Positions 36,053-48,900 of a DNA stretch of 64,000 nucleotides are shown piece by piece. The DNA comes from an uncultured Clostridia bacterium. Its GTDB lineage: Bacteria > Bacillota > Clostridia > Christensenellales > UBA1242. The stretch spans positions 10,083 through 74,082 of the forward strand of contig CALWJU010000022.1 of the NCBI GenBank assembly GCA_944381105.1. The letters run 5' to 3'. Numbering within the stretch: position 1 is the first letter of the stretch; the number at the start of each line of letters is the position of its first letter. A program made the translations under genes and the position numbers. Below the pieces are notes generated by a model that did not search any database, was not told where the DNA came from, and was given only the letters and a program-made list of their open reading frames with translations.

Positions 36053-37429
36053 TTAGTTAAACTTAACCCTTTCTTCAATATACGAAATAAGCTCATCTAT
36101 ATCAAGCCTTATCTGTTCCATGCTGTCTCTATCACGAAGAGTTACTGTATTATCTTCAAGGGTGTCAAAATCTATTGTTACAGCGTAAGGCGTACCAATT
36201 TCATCTTGACGACGATAACGTTTTCCTATTGAGCCTGCTTCGTCATAATCACACATAAATTCCTTAGACAGTAATTGCAAAACCTCTTTTGCCTTGTCGG
36301 AAAGGTTCTTTTGCAGAGGAAGGACTGCAACCTTATAAGGAGCAATGAATGGGTGGAAATGCATAACAACTCTGCTTTCTCCATTTTCGAGTTCTTCTTC
36401 GTCATAGGCTTGACAGAGTAGTGCGAGAGTCAATCTATCAGCACCGATAGAATACTCAATGACGTTTGGAATATACTTTTCGTTAGTAAATGGGTCGGTA
36501 TAAAGCATGCTCTTTCCAGAATATTCTTGATGACGAGATAGATCCCAAGTTCCACGATGATGTATACCATTGAGTTCTTGCCAACCGATAGGGAAGTTAT
36601 ATTGTATATCACAAGCGGCTTTTGCATAGTGAGCAAGTTTGTCATGGTCATGGAAACGTAAGTTCTCACTTTTAAGACCTAGGTCCTCAACAAATTTTAA
36701 TGCCCTTTGCTTATAATTGTCATAAATGTCGAAAGAGTCATCTTCTTTACAGAACTTTTGAAGTTCCATTTGCTCAAACTCAATAGTTCTAAATAGGAAA
36801 TTCCCAGGAGTTATTTCATTTCTAAATGATTTACCAATTTGAGCAATAGCAAACGGTACTTTTGCTCTTGCTGTACGCTGAACATTTAAAAAGTTTACAT
36901 ATTCGCCTTGACATGTTTCAGGTCTAAGATATACCTTCTCTGCCTCTGCTTCAAGAGTCCCACGAGAAGTTATAAACATAGGGTTGAATTTTCGAATTGG
37001 TGTCCAATTGAAACCACCACAGTGTGGACAGCAAATGTGATGTTCGGCGATATATTGTTCAAGTTGTTCGTTTGTCATAGCCTCAGCCGAGACACTTCCT
37101 TTGCTGTGATTTTCAACTACTGTGTCTGCTCTAAAACGTTGTTTGCATTGTTTGCAGTCCATTTGAGGATCTCCAAAATTCTGGACATGTCCACTTGCTT
37201 CCCAAACACGAGGGTTCATAAGAATTGAGGCATCAACACCATAAGTGGTAGGATCTTCTTGCACAAATCTCTTCCACCATGCTTTTTTTACATTATTTTT
37301 AAGTTCAACTCCAACAGGACCAAAATCCCAAGTGTTAGCAAATCCGCCATAGATTTCACTTCCAGGGAAAACAAATCCTCTGTTTTTACATAAATTTACT
37401 ATTTTATCCATTGTTAATTTAGTTTTCAT
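36053..37429 (-). CDS. glyQS: Glycyl-tRNA synthetase, dimeric (GlyQS) type
   Basis: MDKIVNLCKNRGFVFPGSEIYGG, class II motifs (FRNEITPG, GADRL), Cys cluster CKQCKQ...CPHCGG, C-terminal anticodon-binding domain. SD aaaggag. Confidence 0.95.
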   Translation of the reverse strand: MKTKLTMDKIVNLCKNRGFVFPGSEIYGGFANTWDFGPVGVELKNNVKKAWWKRFVQEDPTTYGVDASILMNPRVWEASGHVQNFGDPQMDCKQCKQRFRADTVVENHSKGSVSAEAMTNEQLEQYIAEHHICCPHCGGFNWTPIRKFNPMFITSRGTLEAEAEKVYLRPETCQGEYVNFLNVQRTARAKVPFAIAQIGKSFRNEITPGNFLFRTIEFEQMELQKFCKEDDSFDIYDNYKQRALKFVEDLGLKSENLRFHDHDKLAHYAKAACDIQYNFPIGWQELNGIHHRGTWDLSRHQEYSGKSMLYTDPFTNEKYIPNVIEYSIGADRLTLALLCQAYDEEELENGESRVVMHFHPFIAPYKVAVLPLQKNLSDKAKEVLQLLSKEFMCDYDEAGSIGKRYRRQDEIGTPYAVTIDFDTLEDNTVTLRDRDSMEQIRLDIDELISYIEERVKFN

Positions 37430-37695
37430 AATATCTCCTTTTAAATTGTATTTTTATGTAAATTAAGTGTTTTTTCGATTTATTTAAGGTTTTTTAATGT
37501 ATTTTTAATTAATTATAAAGTTAAATGATTATGTTTTTGTATGTGCGAGGCATGGTTATTAATAGCAGTGATGACACAATTTATTATGTCTTTTCTAGCA
37601 ACTTAAAATATAACCTATAAAAATTAAAGCAAATACAAACTTTTAAGAAAATTAATAAAAATTAAAAACATAATTTTTAAAGAACAGCATTTCAT

Positions 37696-37838
37696 AAAAA
37701 AAAGCCCTATGCATAAATTTTATGCATAGGGGCGAGATATTTCTATTCGCTGTTCCACCCTAATTCACGTATAAACGCCTTATTTACTGTCTTTACGCCG
37801 ACAAGCGTCTGCTCAGGAACGCCACTTCCTTCATTGCT
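37696..37838 (-). promoter_or_regulatory. Glycine-specific T-box leader (transcription attenuation) upstream of glyQS
   Basis: Minus strand: K-turn-like GCAATGAAGGAAGT. GGC candidate specifier (37797..37799). T-box motif AATTAGGGTGGAACAGCG (37748..37765) with a UGGA bulge. Antiterminator UAGGG/CCCUA plus GCG/CGC. Terminator GCCCCTATGCATAAA/TTTATGCATAGGGC plus T8 (37696..37734). Confidence 0.8.
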
Positions 37839-37844
37839 ATTAAC

Positions 37845-37872
37845 ATTATAGCACAAAATGATAAAAAGTCAA
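37845..37872 (-). promoter_or_regulatory. Promoter of the glyQS T-box leader
   Basis: Minus strand: TTGACT (37867..37872) -16 nt- TGcTATAAT (TATAAT 37845..37850). Confidence 0.55.
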
Positions 37873-38115
37873 ACAAAACATGAAAATTTTTAAAATAATC
37901 TTGTGTTATGTAACTAATTAGTATTGATAAATATTTTTTAATTAATATTTAAAAATATATTTTTATTTTAATTAAATACATTTTAATTATTAGTTTTAAT
38001 ATAAACAAATGTAAAATTTAATTAAAAGTGTGTTAATTTTATATAATTTTTAATTTTTAATATTTTTTTTAATTAAAAAACTATATTTAAAATAATTTTT
38101 TTAATATCCAAAACA

Positions 38116-39711
38116 TTATTTTTTAATATTACTTTTTTCTAAATGTTCAAGATATTCTTCATAAGTGCCTGTAAAATCAATATAATGGTTTTCGTCTACT
38201 ATATCTATTATTCTATTAGCGACAGTCTCTATTATCTCTTGGTCGTGAGTTGCAAACAGAATATTTCCTCTAAAATTTTGCATACCTTTGTTCAGTGCGG
38301 TTATGCTTTCTAGGTCAAGGTGGTTTGTGGGTTCGTCAAAGATAAGTAAATTTCCTTGTTCGAGCATCATTTTGGCAAGCATACAACGAACTCTTTCTCC
38401 ACCAGATAAAACATTGGCAGGCTTTAAGTTTTCTTCTCCTGTAAACAACATTCTTCCCAGCCAACTTCTAATGTATGTTTCATTTTGGTCCTTAGAAAAT
38501 TGTCTAAGCCAATCAACAATAGAACTTGTGTTGCCTTCAAAATATTCATTATTGTTTTGCGGTAGGTTGGTAATTTTTATTGTTTTCCCTATAAATACAT
38601 TTCCGCTGTCTTGTTTTTCTTTTCCTAAAATAATATTAAACAAAGTGGTTAAAATCTGACTATTTTTTGCAAAAAAAGCGACTTTTTGACCTTTTTCAAT
38701 ATTAAAGTTTAGTTTTTTAAACATTCCACTCTTGCTTAAACCCTCAACTTTTAATATCTCTTTTCCTATCTCCTGACTATATTCAAAATTGATGTATGGA
38801 TATTTTCGAGATGATGGTTTAATGTCTTCAATAGTTAATTTTTCAAGTTCTCTTTTTCTGCTTGTTGCTTGTTTGGATTTTGAAGCGTTAGCAGAAAATC
38901 GTGCTATAAATTCTTTTAATTCTTTTGCTCTTTGTTCTGCCTTCTTATTTTGGTCTTTCATTTGTCTTAAAATAAGTTGGCTTGACTCATACCAAAAATC
39001 ATAATTGCCGATATACATATTAATCTTACCATAATCTACATCACAAATATGTGTGCAGACCTTGTTCAAAAAGTGTCTGTTGTGAGAAACAATTATAACA
39101 CAATTTTCAAAGTTTAATAGAAATTCTTCAAGCCACCTTACTGTTTTGAAATCGAGGTTATTTGTAGGCTCATCTAGCACAAGGATATCAGGATTACCAA
39201 AAAGAGCCTGTGCAAGTAGAACTTTAACTTTTTCCTTTGGATCAACATTGCTCATAACTGAGTAGAACATATCCTCGCTTATTCCTAGGCTTTGGAGTAG
39301 AGTTTTTGCTTCACTTTCGGCTTCCCATCCACCTAGTTCTGCAAATTCAGTTTCAAGTTCGCCAGCACGCAGGCCATCCTCTTCGGTGAAATTTTCTTTT
39401 GCATAGAGCATATCCTTTTCTTTTTGTACTTCCATAAGTCTCTTATGACCTAGCAAGACGGTATCAAGGACAGTCTCCTTATCATAGGCGTTTTGATTTT
39501 GTGCAAGCACACTCATACGCTCACCAGGAGTAATAAAAATTTCGCCAGTATTAGGTTCAATCTCGCCCGTTAAAATTTTTAAAAAAGTCGATTTGCCAGC
39601 ACCATTTGCACCAATTATGCCATAGCAATTGCCTTTTGTAAATTTTAAATTGACATCTTTGTAAAGAACTCTTCCACCAAATGCAAGAGAAACATTGCTT
39701 ACTTGTATCAT
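38116..39711 (-). CDS. ABC-F family ATPase (YbiT-like) with degenerate NBD2 Walker A
   Basis: NBD1 Walker A GANGAGKST. Walker B LVLDEPTNNLD. Inter-domain linker (ARFSANASKSKQATSRKRELEKL). NBD2 signature LSGGERVR and Walker B LLIFDEPTNHLD. No TM domain. Confidence 0.9.
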   Translation of the reverse strand: MIQVSNVSLAFGGRVLYKDVNLKFTKGNCYGIIGANGAGKSTFLKILTGEIEPNTGEIFITPGERMSVLAQNQNAYDKETVLDTVLLGHKRLMEVQKEKDMLYAKENFTEEDGLRAGELETEFAELGGWEAESEAKTLLQSLGISEDMFYSVMSNVDPKEKVKVLLAQALFGNPDILVLDEPTNNLDFKTVRWLEEFLLNFENCVIIVSHNRHFLNKVCTHICDVDYGKINMYIGNYDFWYESSQLILRQMKDQNKKAEQRAKELKEFIARFSANASKSKQATSRKRELEKLTIEDIKPSSRKYPYINFEYSQEIGKEILKVEGLSKSGMFKKLNFNIEKGQKVAFFAKNSQILTTLFNIILGKEKQDSGNVFIGKTIKITNLPQNNNEYFEGNTSSIVDWLRQFSKDQNETYIRSWLGRMLFTGEENLKPANVLSGGERVRCMLAKMMLEQGNLLIFDEPTNHLDLESITALNKGMQNFRGNILFATHDQEIIETVANRIIDIVDENHYIDFTGTYEEYLEHLEKSNIKK

Positions 39712-39734
39712 TTTATCTCCTTTAAATCGGTATA

Positions 39735-39763
39735 ATTATATAAAAAATTAAATGAAAAGTCAA
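39735..39763 (-). promoter_or_regulatory. ABC-F promoter
   Basis: Minus strand: TTGACT (39758..39763) -17 nt- TATAAT (39735..39740), then a leader with SD aaggag. Confidence 0.6.
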
Positions 39764-39934
39764 TAAAATGTCTTGTTAAATTAATTAAAAAATAAATAAA
39801 AAAGGAAAATATTTTTCTTATAAATAATTATAATAAATATAAATTGACAAAAAGTGAAATTTATTTGCTTTTTTCGTGCTAAAAATTTATAATAAATATG
39901 TATAAATAAAAAGTTTTGAAATGGAGTGTCCTAT

Positions 39935-42900
39935 ATGAAAAAGGAAAAGAAGGCGAAAAGACAAAAAGAGAATAATAGACGAAAGTGGCCTGTTTGGCTT
40001 ACCGTAATTTTAACTATTCTTGGAGTGGGAGCGGTATCAGGAGTAACAGTGCTTGGCGTTTATCTTGCAGGAGGGTTTGAAGAAAGAGTAATAAATCCTA
40101 GTGATGTAGTTTTTTCATATGACGAAAATCTCTTTAATCAGCAAACAAACCAACTCGAAGTTACAGAAGATTTCACTTTAATGATAGATTCGTCAACATC
40201 CTTTGTTACTAATGACCAAGTTACGCTTTCTTTTGACCTGTCAGCAAATATAGGAGAAGGAGACGAGCCTCAAAGTTTAGAAAGACGTCAAGTTAATGGT
40301 GTATGGTATATAAGCAATGGGATAATAGAGATGCCAGAGACCGTTAGAATAAGACAGCCTTTTACAGTAACATTGAGGACACAGGATTTAACAGATGATG
40401 ATGGCTCAGTTATTGCTGAGGATTGGATAAAGGGTGGAATATCTACAATTATAGCCACATCAGTCTACAATCAAATATCATCTTCGCAACCTTTAAAAAT
40501 TGCTGTTGATGTGCCTGTCTATGATATTGAGGTTTATGCTGTTTCTTCAACAGGCGATGAAACAAATCAAATTGTAACAGGGGAAACCTTTACCTTGCAG
40601 ACAAGATTTATCCCTGAGGCAAGCAGATATATGTACAGTGATGACAAGAATAATGATATATCTGAGGATAGTAGAAGGATTAAGCATACATATTATGTAA
40701 CTAACGACTCATCAGTTACAACAAGATATGAGGATTTGTATAGCGTAAGTTTTATGGCGGGAGAGGATACTGATGATAGTGTATCATTGCAAGGTTATGT
40801 GTTTAGGAATGCAGATAGGCAAATAGAGACAGAGAATTCAATAGAGACCACTTCAAATGTAACTTTTTACACACAGATGTTAAGTCAGTTAAGTCAGGCA
40901 GGAGAGGAGACTGCTCCATCTGGTAGCACAACAATTTCAATTGGTATGGCAAGTGTTGAGAGGTATACTGTTAGTAGTCAAGCATTATCCATGAACACAA
41001 ACCAGAGTTTAAGATTGTATATGAACAGATATATCTATGACGAGAGTTCAAGTTATTTGGGGGTAAATATATATTCTACATCTGGACCAACCATTGAAAG
41101 TATGCTTAGAAATATTGCAATAGCATTTAGTTATGATGGACAAGACCCTACTGATAATTCATTTTTAGAGGTAAGTGGTGGTGATATTGAGGTAATTGAT
41201 GGAGTAAGATATTACAAACCATTTACAGACGGAATAAATAATCTAAATTATAGTTATTGGACGCTCCGCTCTTCAAGAGAAGCAGAAATAACTATGACTA
41301 TTGTACTTTTGATAGAAAACGAAGAGGGTGGATATTCTATATTTGACTTACATCAGCCTTATTATGTTACTCTCCAAGTAACAACTCATGAGGAAGAACC
41401 ATTAGAGTGGGCAACAGACTCAGATACAATAGATGTAATGCTTGGTTATAATAGTACAGGGACAATAGACTCAAAGACCATTGACCTTGAAAGTCTTATA
41501 AGCATACCAGAGAACAATATTTATAGGGACTATGTTTTCTTTGCATGGTTTGGTAATGGAGAAAAAGAAGATTTAAGGCAAACTGTTGACAGTGTAATAG
41601 GCTCAGCAGGATATAATTATGAACTTTCTGGAATGTATGCTACTACTGAAAATATGCTCCTTTTTGCCTTAAATGGAACAAGTATAACCCTACTTGATTC
41701 AGGCTCGTTTAGACTTTATTATGCCACTATAATCACAGAAAATGGCGTTCCTGTATATCAGACAGACTCAACAGGCAATAGAACATATTCTATCGCAGTG
41801 ATGAGCCAGGATTATATTCAAATTAACTGCGAAAAGGAACTCTATCAAGACTCTGTTTCGGCAGGAAGCGTTAATACAGACAATTTTACACCACTTGAAA
41901 ACGGTGAGTATGCAATAAATCAAGGTTCTCAAAGTACTATCTCTTTCTCGTTCGTTATAGATAGTGAAGCATTACCTGTATTTACCGAAGAATACAATAA
42001 TGGCTACATGAGTCTTATGTTCAGAGATACCCAAAATAATGATGTTACATCAAACTTTACAATATTATCACAACAACTAACCAATGACGGAGAAAATGGA
42101 CTTCTCACATATCAAGTTATTGTCAATACTGGCGTTAATATAAGTGTCGAGAATGGTATCTATCTCTCACAAGTAATTTTAAGATATGATGATACAGTAG
42201 ATAGTGAAATCGAATGGAGCATGCCAATCAATGATAGAACAATATGTATCTATGCGCCACAAGCACAAAATATAGAGATAGACACAACCAATATTCAGTC
42301 TTATCTAAACTTTATTACAGGACAAGAAGCAATAGTAGTAAATCAAATTTTAAATACAGCAGGCAATTTTGATACAACAATAAATGTTGGAGATGAGGTA
42401 GTTAACAGTGTTGATGCACTATTGACTCTTCTGCTTGGTGGACAAGCCAACGATACTCAGTATGGTTATGTAGTTATTACCGACCAAAAGGGAAGAGTTG
42501 ATACTCTTGCTGGAAATTGGAGATTTGCTCTTGTTGAAGGTAGTGATGCAAATGCAATAAACCTTAATGGACAAACATTTACATTTAGGCAGGCGGAAGA
42601 TGCAACGGTAAGATTGGCGCTGGAAACAATTGATGGTAATCAAACAAGCCTTTCAAATGGACAAAGTTTATATATTAATGTAACCTCAGAAGGTATAACA
42701 TATGCAGAAAGTTTAACCTCAGAAGATCCTTATCCTGCTGGGGATTACACAGATGATATGTATGAGAGTTCTGATATTTCAAATCTGTATGTTTCAATGT
42801 ACGGAGTAAAGGGCGAAGAGAGAGTAACGCTATCAAATTTAGTTAAATTTTATATTGGCGAGGGTAGAGACGACCAACAATATTATAATATAAGATTTAC

Positions 42901-45900
42901 TTTAAGTCAGCAATATCTCAATGACACAAGAATAACCGACGAAATGTTTATATCGCTATATAATAGCACAGATGGTATGATAAGCCTATATGATAGTGCA
43001 GGACAGTTGATAGAAGGTTTACCAAAAGACGCTCAGGAAATTAAATCTATGCTCAGTGGTGTCGAGTTAAGTGCTATATCTTTTAATAAAAACTTTGCAA
43101 GAAGCAGTCATATCATCGTTTTCTCTATTACAGATACAGGTTCAAATGGTGCGATAACCTCATCACTCAATATGACAATAAGGACTGCTTATACTGTAAC
43201 AAATGTGAATTATCCAGAAGATAACAGAGAACCATTATATGCTCATACTGATTTAGAACTTGTAAATTCTGTAACTAATGAATATTACAGATATTTAGGT
43301 AGAGATGACTATGTCAGCGACTTTGAGACACTTTTTGATGGTGGAGAATTATATTACATTCAAAGTAGTGGCAGTGGCTATGTATTGGTAAATGAAATAG
43401 ATGAAAATGATACTTATATTGGTACATTCGATTCGTCTACTGGAATTATTAATTTTAATGATTTTTGGGATGTGGAGAATAGAGATTTTGCTGTTACGTT
43501 TACCCCAGAAGGAGAGAATTACTTTACTTTAAGTTTGGTAATACAGTTTAGAGTAACACGAGACCTTGCAATCGAAGACCTTAACTCTACTTACTATATT
43601 GTAACAGGAGCAGGTATAACCTATAATGTTGATGACTTTGTAGATAAATATAGACTATCTGCCGAAAATCAATCTGACGCTGATAGGACAAATTTGCAAG
43701 GGCTTACTCTTAGTTATCAATTTAGCGATTATTTTACAGTAAATAGTAATGGAGATATTACTACATTAGATGGTGAACTTTTCTTCTTTGATTATAATGA
43801 AAAACAATTGTTTACTAATTTGACAATTTACTATGTATCTCAAAGTGGTAATATCGAACTTGAAACAATAACAATTCCTATTGAGATATACTCAGGCTCT
43901 CTTCAAGCAGAAGTAGAGGTGGAAGGATATGATATTTATGAAGAGATATCAGGGCTGTTAACCTATCAGACAAGTGATTCGGTTGTCCTTGAAGAGCCTA
44001 TAACCGCACAAGTACAAAATATAACGTCTAGCCAAGAAGATGGAAGTGAAACAATAACAGAATATATTATGGTTCAAGAGGGAACATGGAATTTAGATAC
44101 GACTTTTGTAAGTGGAAGTGGTTATTCTATTTATCCAAGTTTGTTAGATAGTGAGGGTAATTCACTTGACTCCTATTATGATGTGTTCGGTAATGGCGAA
44201 GGTGATGAATTATCTTACATAACAATCAATTTCAGAAATATCAGAAATAGAATCTTACAAGGACTTGAAGAGCCAATCTATCTTGTTTTATATTTTGGTT
44301 CGCCTGATGATAGTGGGATGCCATCATTCCCTGGAACAACTGCTGTAATGTATGTACCTCTTATAATTTCAGCGATGGGATTTGACTATATAAATTATCA
44401 AGAGGATATGGTAGATGATATTGACAAACTCCAAACAGCGATTCAAGATCCAAACAGTTATATAGTTAATGGCGAATATAATGGTCCATATCAAACAATT
44501 AGGGCAGGACAGATAAGTCAAATATTGTCTCAGTATGACTTTACTGACAATACTCAAACAACAGGTTTATATCTTTTAGGTGGACAAGATTTGCAGGCTA
44601 GTATTGACTATTATCCACTAGACAGCACAGGCAGTCTTTTCACAAGTGAAGATATAATAAAGTTTACAAGAATAGATTCAATAGAGATAGAGGATGTTGC
44701 AGAAACTGTGGGGACAATCAGCCTCAATCACTTATCTAGTCTATATCAAAATGAATTTTACTTTGCAGTAAGTTATACATTACAAAGCACTAGTGAAAGC
44801 AGAGAATTTTACTATGTTTACAAAGTTGAACCTGATGTTATAGTTGAAGAACCTGTATATGCTTATAACACAAATTCACAAGGTGCTGTTGAGTATTTAC
44901 AAGGAGAGCAAAACCAAGAAGGTCAAGTAGACTTTAACCAAATATTTGGTGCAAATACGCTAGTGGAAAATCAAAAACGTTTTAACATTACAAAACAATT
45001 TGATATTGTTTCAGTTGATGGCGAGGCGGTAACTGGGCTATATGTTGATATGGAAAGTGAGCAGATGCAATTGTGGATAAGCGTCTTAAATGAAGGTGAA
45101 ACAATTTATGAACTATCCTCTCCATACACAATCGAAAGACCAGATAATGATGAAAATGTTTTAATAGACCTTGCTACAATCTTTGGAGAAGGTGTCAATA
45201 TTACCGAAGGAAATATTATAAATCTTTCTATTTTGTCTGGAAATGGAGACATTTATTACAATGATATGTTAATCTTTTCAGATTTGGTTGAAACAAACGA
45301 AATTGAATATGTTACAGTCGGAGAAGATACCTTCTATGATGAACAAGGTTGGGGTGAGTTCATTGAAATTTACTTTACAAGCGACACTTCAATTATGCAC
45401 TACACTCCTCTTACAAATGAGCAGATAACTATAAGAGTAAAACATAGTTATAATGGCTCGGCAGATGAAAATGAATTGTCCATTATAGGTGGCGAGCAAT
45501 ATTATAGATTTATAGTCAACTCGACGACCTACAATTATTCTGTAAGATTTACAAATGGCAGTGAAACTTTTACAACAAATGGAAGCAATCAAACTTACAC
45601 ATGGGATGATGTGGACAGTGAAGAAAGCGACTCAATAAGAATACATCTTTTGCAAGGTGTCGACGCAGGCTCTTCTGGATATGAAGAGGTTTGGGATAAT
45701 TTACATATCGCCTTAACAAGTGAGACAGATATCGAGGGCAACCTTATAGATAGCGAAAATTCAGCATTAATTGCCGAAGATGGCTATACATATAGTTCGG
45801 CAAGTTCAGCAAATGGACTCTTTACATTAAATTTTGCTGATTATATATCGAGTGCAAGGATACTTGAATTTACACTCTACACCGATCAGGGATATCTTGC

Positions 45901-48900
45901 TACACTTCTCGTTTATATTGATGCAACAGCAAGCGTATCATTTATAAATGATGAAACAGGAGAACTTTCAGGCGGAGATAGCCATATATTCAGTGAAATA
46001 TTTGGTATTCAATTAAATGGTGAGTTAATAGAAAGAGATAACTATACAGTAACAGGGGAAATAACATCATCAACAGAATATCAAGATTTCAGTGGGCAAG
46101 ACTTTGTAGTGTTTGATGAAGATGGCACATTTATAGTTGCAAACTTACTTCGTGATTATCAAGTTACCTTCCGTTTTACAGTAGAATTTAATTCAGGTGC
46201 TGGAAGCGAATTTGAAAATAAAACCTTTATATTTACTCAGCAAATGCTATTAAAGGCAAATGTTACTCATTCTTCCTCAGTAAATGGCGGTCAAGTCATT
46301 GCAGGCGGTGAAAAGACAATAGAAAATGTATTTAATAGTATTAGTGATTTAAATACCAAAATAGTTTATACAGGCACCTCTTCAAGTCAAGCATTTGCAT
46401 CAGTGATATCTGATAATATTATTTTAACAAACTATGTTGCAAATTTGACAAATATGGATGTTAATTTGACGGTAAGAATTTACTTTACCTATGGCGAATG
46501 TGAGGTTACTATTGATACACCTTATCAACAATTTAATATGACCTACTCACTATCGGTATATCCAAGTGTTGATATTACAATTTCTTATCCTCAGCCAAAT
46601 GATGAAAGATTAGAGCAAGAATATTTAGATTCAAATTCAACATACACAAATATTTTAGAAGATTTTATTCTTCACAGTGCTATATTTAGTGATAATTCAA
46701 GACTATCTTTCGCACCAGCAGAGTATGATGATGAGGGAAATGTTTACTATAATTATGAAAACCTGTTAAACTTTGAAGATAACAGCCAAGATGTTTCAAT
46801 TCTGGTTTACTCACTAGAAAATGCGACTATATATTCAGATGCAGGGGAAGAGAGAGAATATTATTTAACAAGTCAGTATATACCAGCAACTGCAAATGAT
46901 ATAGTGTTTGTTCGTGGAAGTCGAAATACATCTGGCGAAATAGTTGACAGCATGAGTGAGTCTTTGATTACTTTGCGTATAACATATCAAAATGTTCAAG
47001 TTGATTATAATATATCTCTTCTCGACAATGTCCTTTCAGTTCAAATCAATAATGTAACAAATAATACAGCAAGGGGACAGTTACCAAGTGGCACAACGGT
47101 TGATTACGAGATAAGTTATATTGACCAGACTAACCTTTCAAGCAGTATGTTCGCTAAGAGTAGGCTTGCTGAGGTTACGTTTAGCCCTTCTTTAAGTCGA
47201 ACAGGTATGTATTATCTTGTATTTAGCGACGGAGAACAATATTATGCTTCATATCCTCAATATATTGAGAGTAGCAGAGCAGGGCTTACTCAAAATATTG
47301 ACCTTGGATACAGTATGACAAGTGCAAATATGGAAGGCGAAACAATAGTATCCTATACAGATTTTGATTATGTTGGTGTATTCCTCGTAACAAATTTTGA
47401 AAATAATAATTTGACAATCTCAAATAATGGACTTATAGTCAATAGCGAAGATATAGCCATAACAGACATTTCAAGTTTAGGAACAAACTTTGATGCCAAC
47501 AATGCAATATTTGAAAGTATTTCATTAATAAATAGAGTACAACTTGTTTACGGCGGTACTTCAAATATACTTGTAGACTATATCTACTATGAACAATATC
47601 TAAATCAATTAAATTTAAATGAAATAAGTTCGAGCGATTTGGATACAATTTCCAGTGCTGAGGTCTTTGGTTCTAATAGTTTTGATAAAGATGATGGCAG
47701 TGAAAATTCAATAGTTGAATTAAATGTTAATTATTACTATATGCCAACGATTGACGTCGATATTGAAGAGAAAATATCTTCTGTACATAATTATGTGATA
47801 TTAGAAACCAATCAAGAATATTCAAGCATGGTTAGTGAATTTGGCGTTCATCATCCAAGTACAGGTCAACTTGTTAGTGTAGGAGATTTTGGAGTAGACA
47901 AGGCAAACCTTTCTTTAAGTGTTATAGAATTAGGTGAGATTTCAGATGAAAGCACTACCGAACTTTTACAAGAATATCTACTTGAAAATAATGAATACGA
48001 GTTTAAAACAACGACTGAGAGTAATCGCCAATACCTAAGGCCTTCACCAAGGAGTAATGTCGGCGAATATACTTATGATTACTGGCTCACACCATTAGGT
48101 GCTGATAATCAAGGCGATTTAGTGCTACTAAAAATAACATACAGCGTGCAACTAGCAGGCAATGGCACAGCCTCAAAAGATTTTTATGTGGTTGTAAAAA
48201 TTATACCTGACTACATAGTATCCTTTGGTGGAAATGCGGTAGACTTTACTGAGGATGATGTTGAGGGTGATGAAATAACAAACATAAATAATATTTATAA
48301 CATTGACCAAGTGCAAGATAATGGTAACTATCAGTCATTTAGGTTGACAAAATCAAGTTCTACCGATGACGGTTATGTTTCAGTTAGACATAGCAATGGA
48401 GATAGTGCAGTACAAAGTGCAGAACTCGCAACCTCTAACTTTACTATCACTATGAGAGTTCCAAGTGATGTTGTAGGAGGTGTTGAGTATAATCAAACAG
48501 ATAATGTGGAGCAGAAACTAGGTGATGATCTTACAACATGGGATTATCAAAGTGGTCAATACACCTTGGTTGACGGAAATGGCACATTATTCCAAAATGC
48601 AAAAGAGGTGATTTTTGGTACTCAATACTTTATGATAGAAGCAGAAGATGATTATGGATTTAGATATGTTGTATATTTCAGTTTGCAATCATCATCAGAG
48701 CCAAATATTTCATCATCTGGTATAACTTTGACAGAGGGCAGTCATTTTGATATTGGTGCTCAATATGATTTGCTAAGAATTAGCACAATCTCAGAAAATG
48801 ATAGTACACAATATGCTATTAATAATATCCCTACTTCTCCTATAAGCACAGATAGCTATGTTACACTTATTACAATAAATGGTTTGCAAGCACATATGTA

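Noticed and set aside
42419-47648. Four minus-strand ORFs of 62..74 aa inside the second giant gene
   Set aside because: Same reasoning: they are nested antisense, short, and without translation signals.
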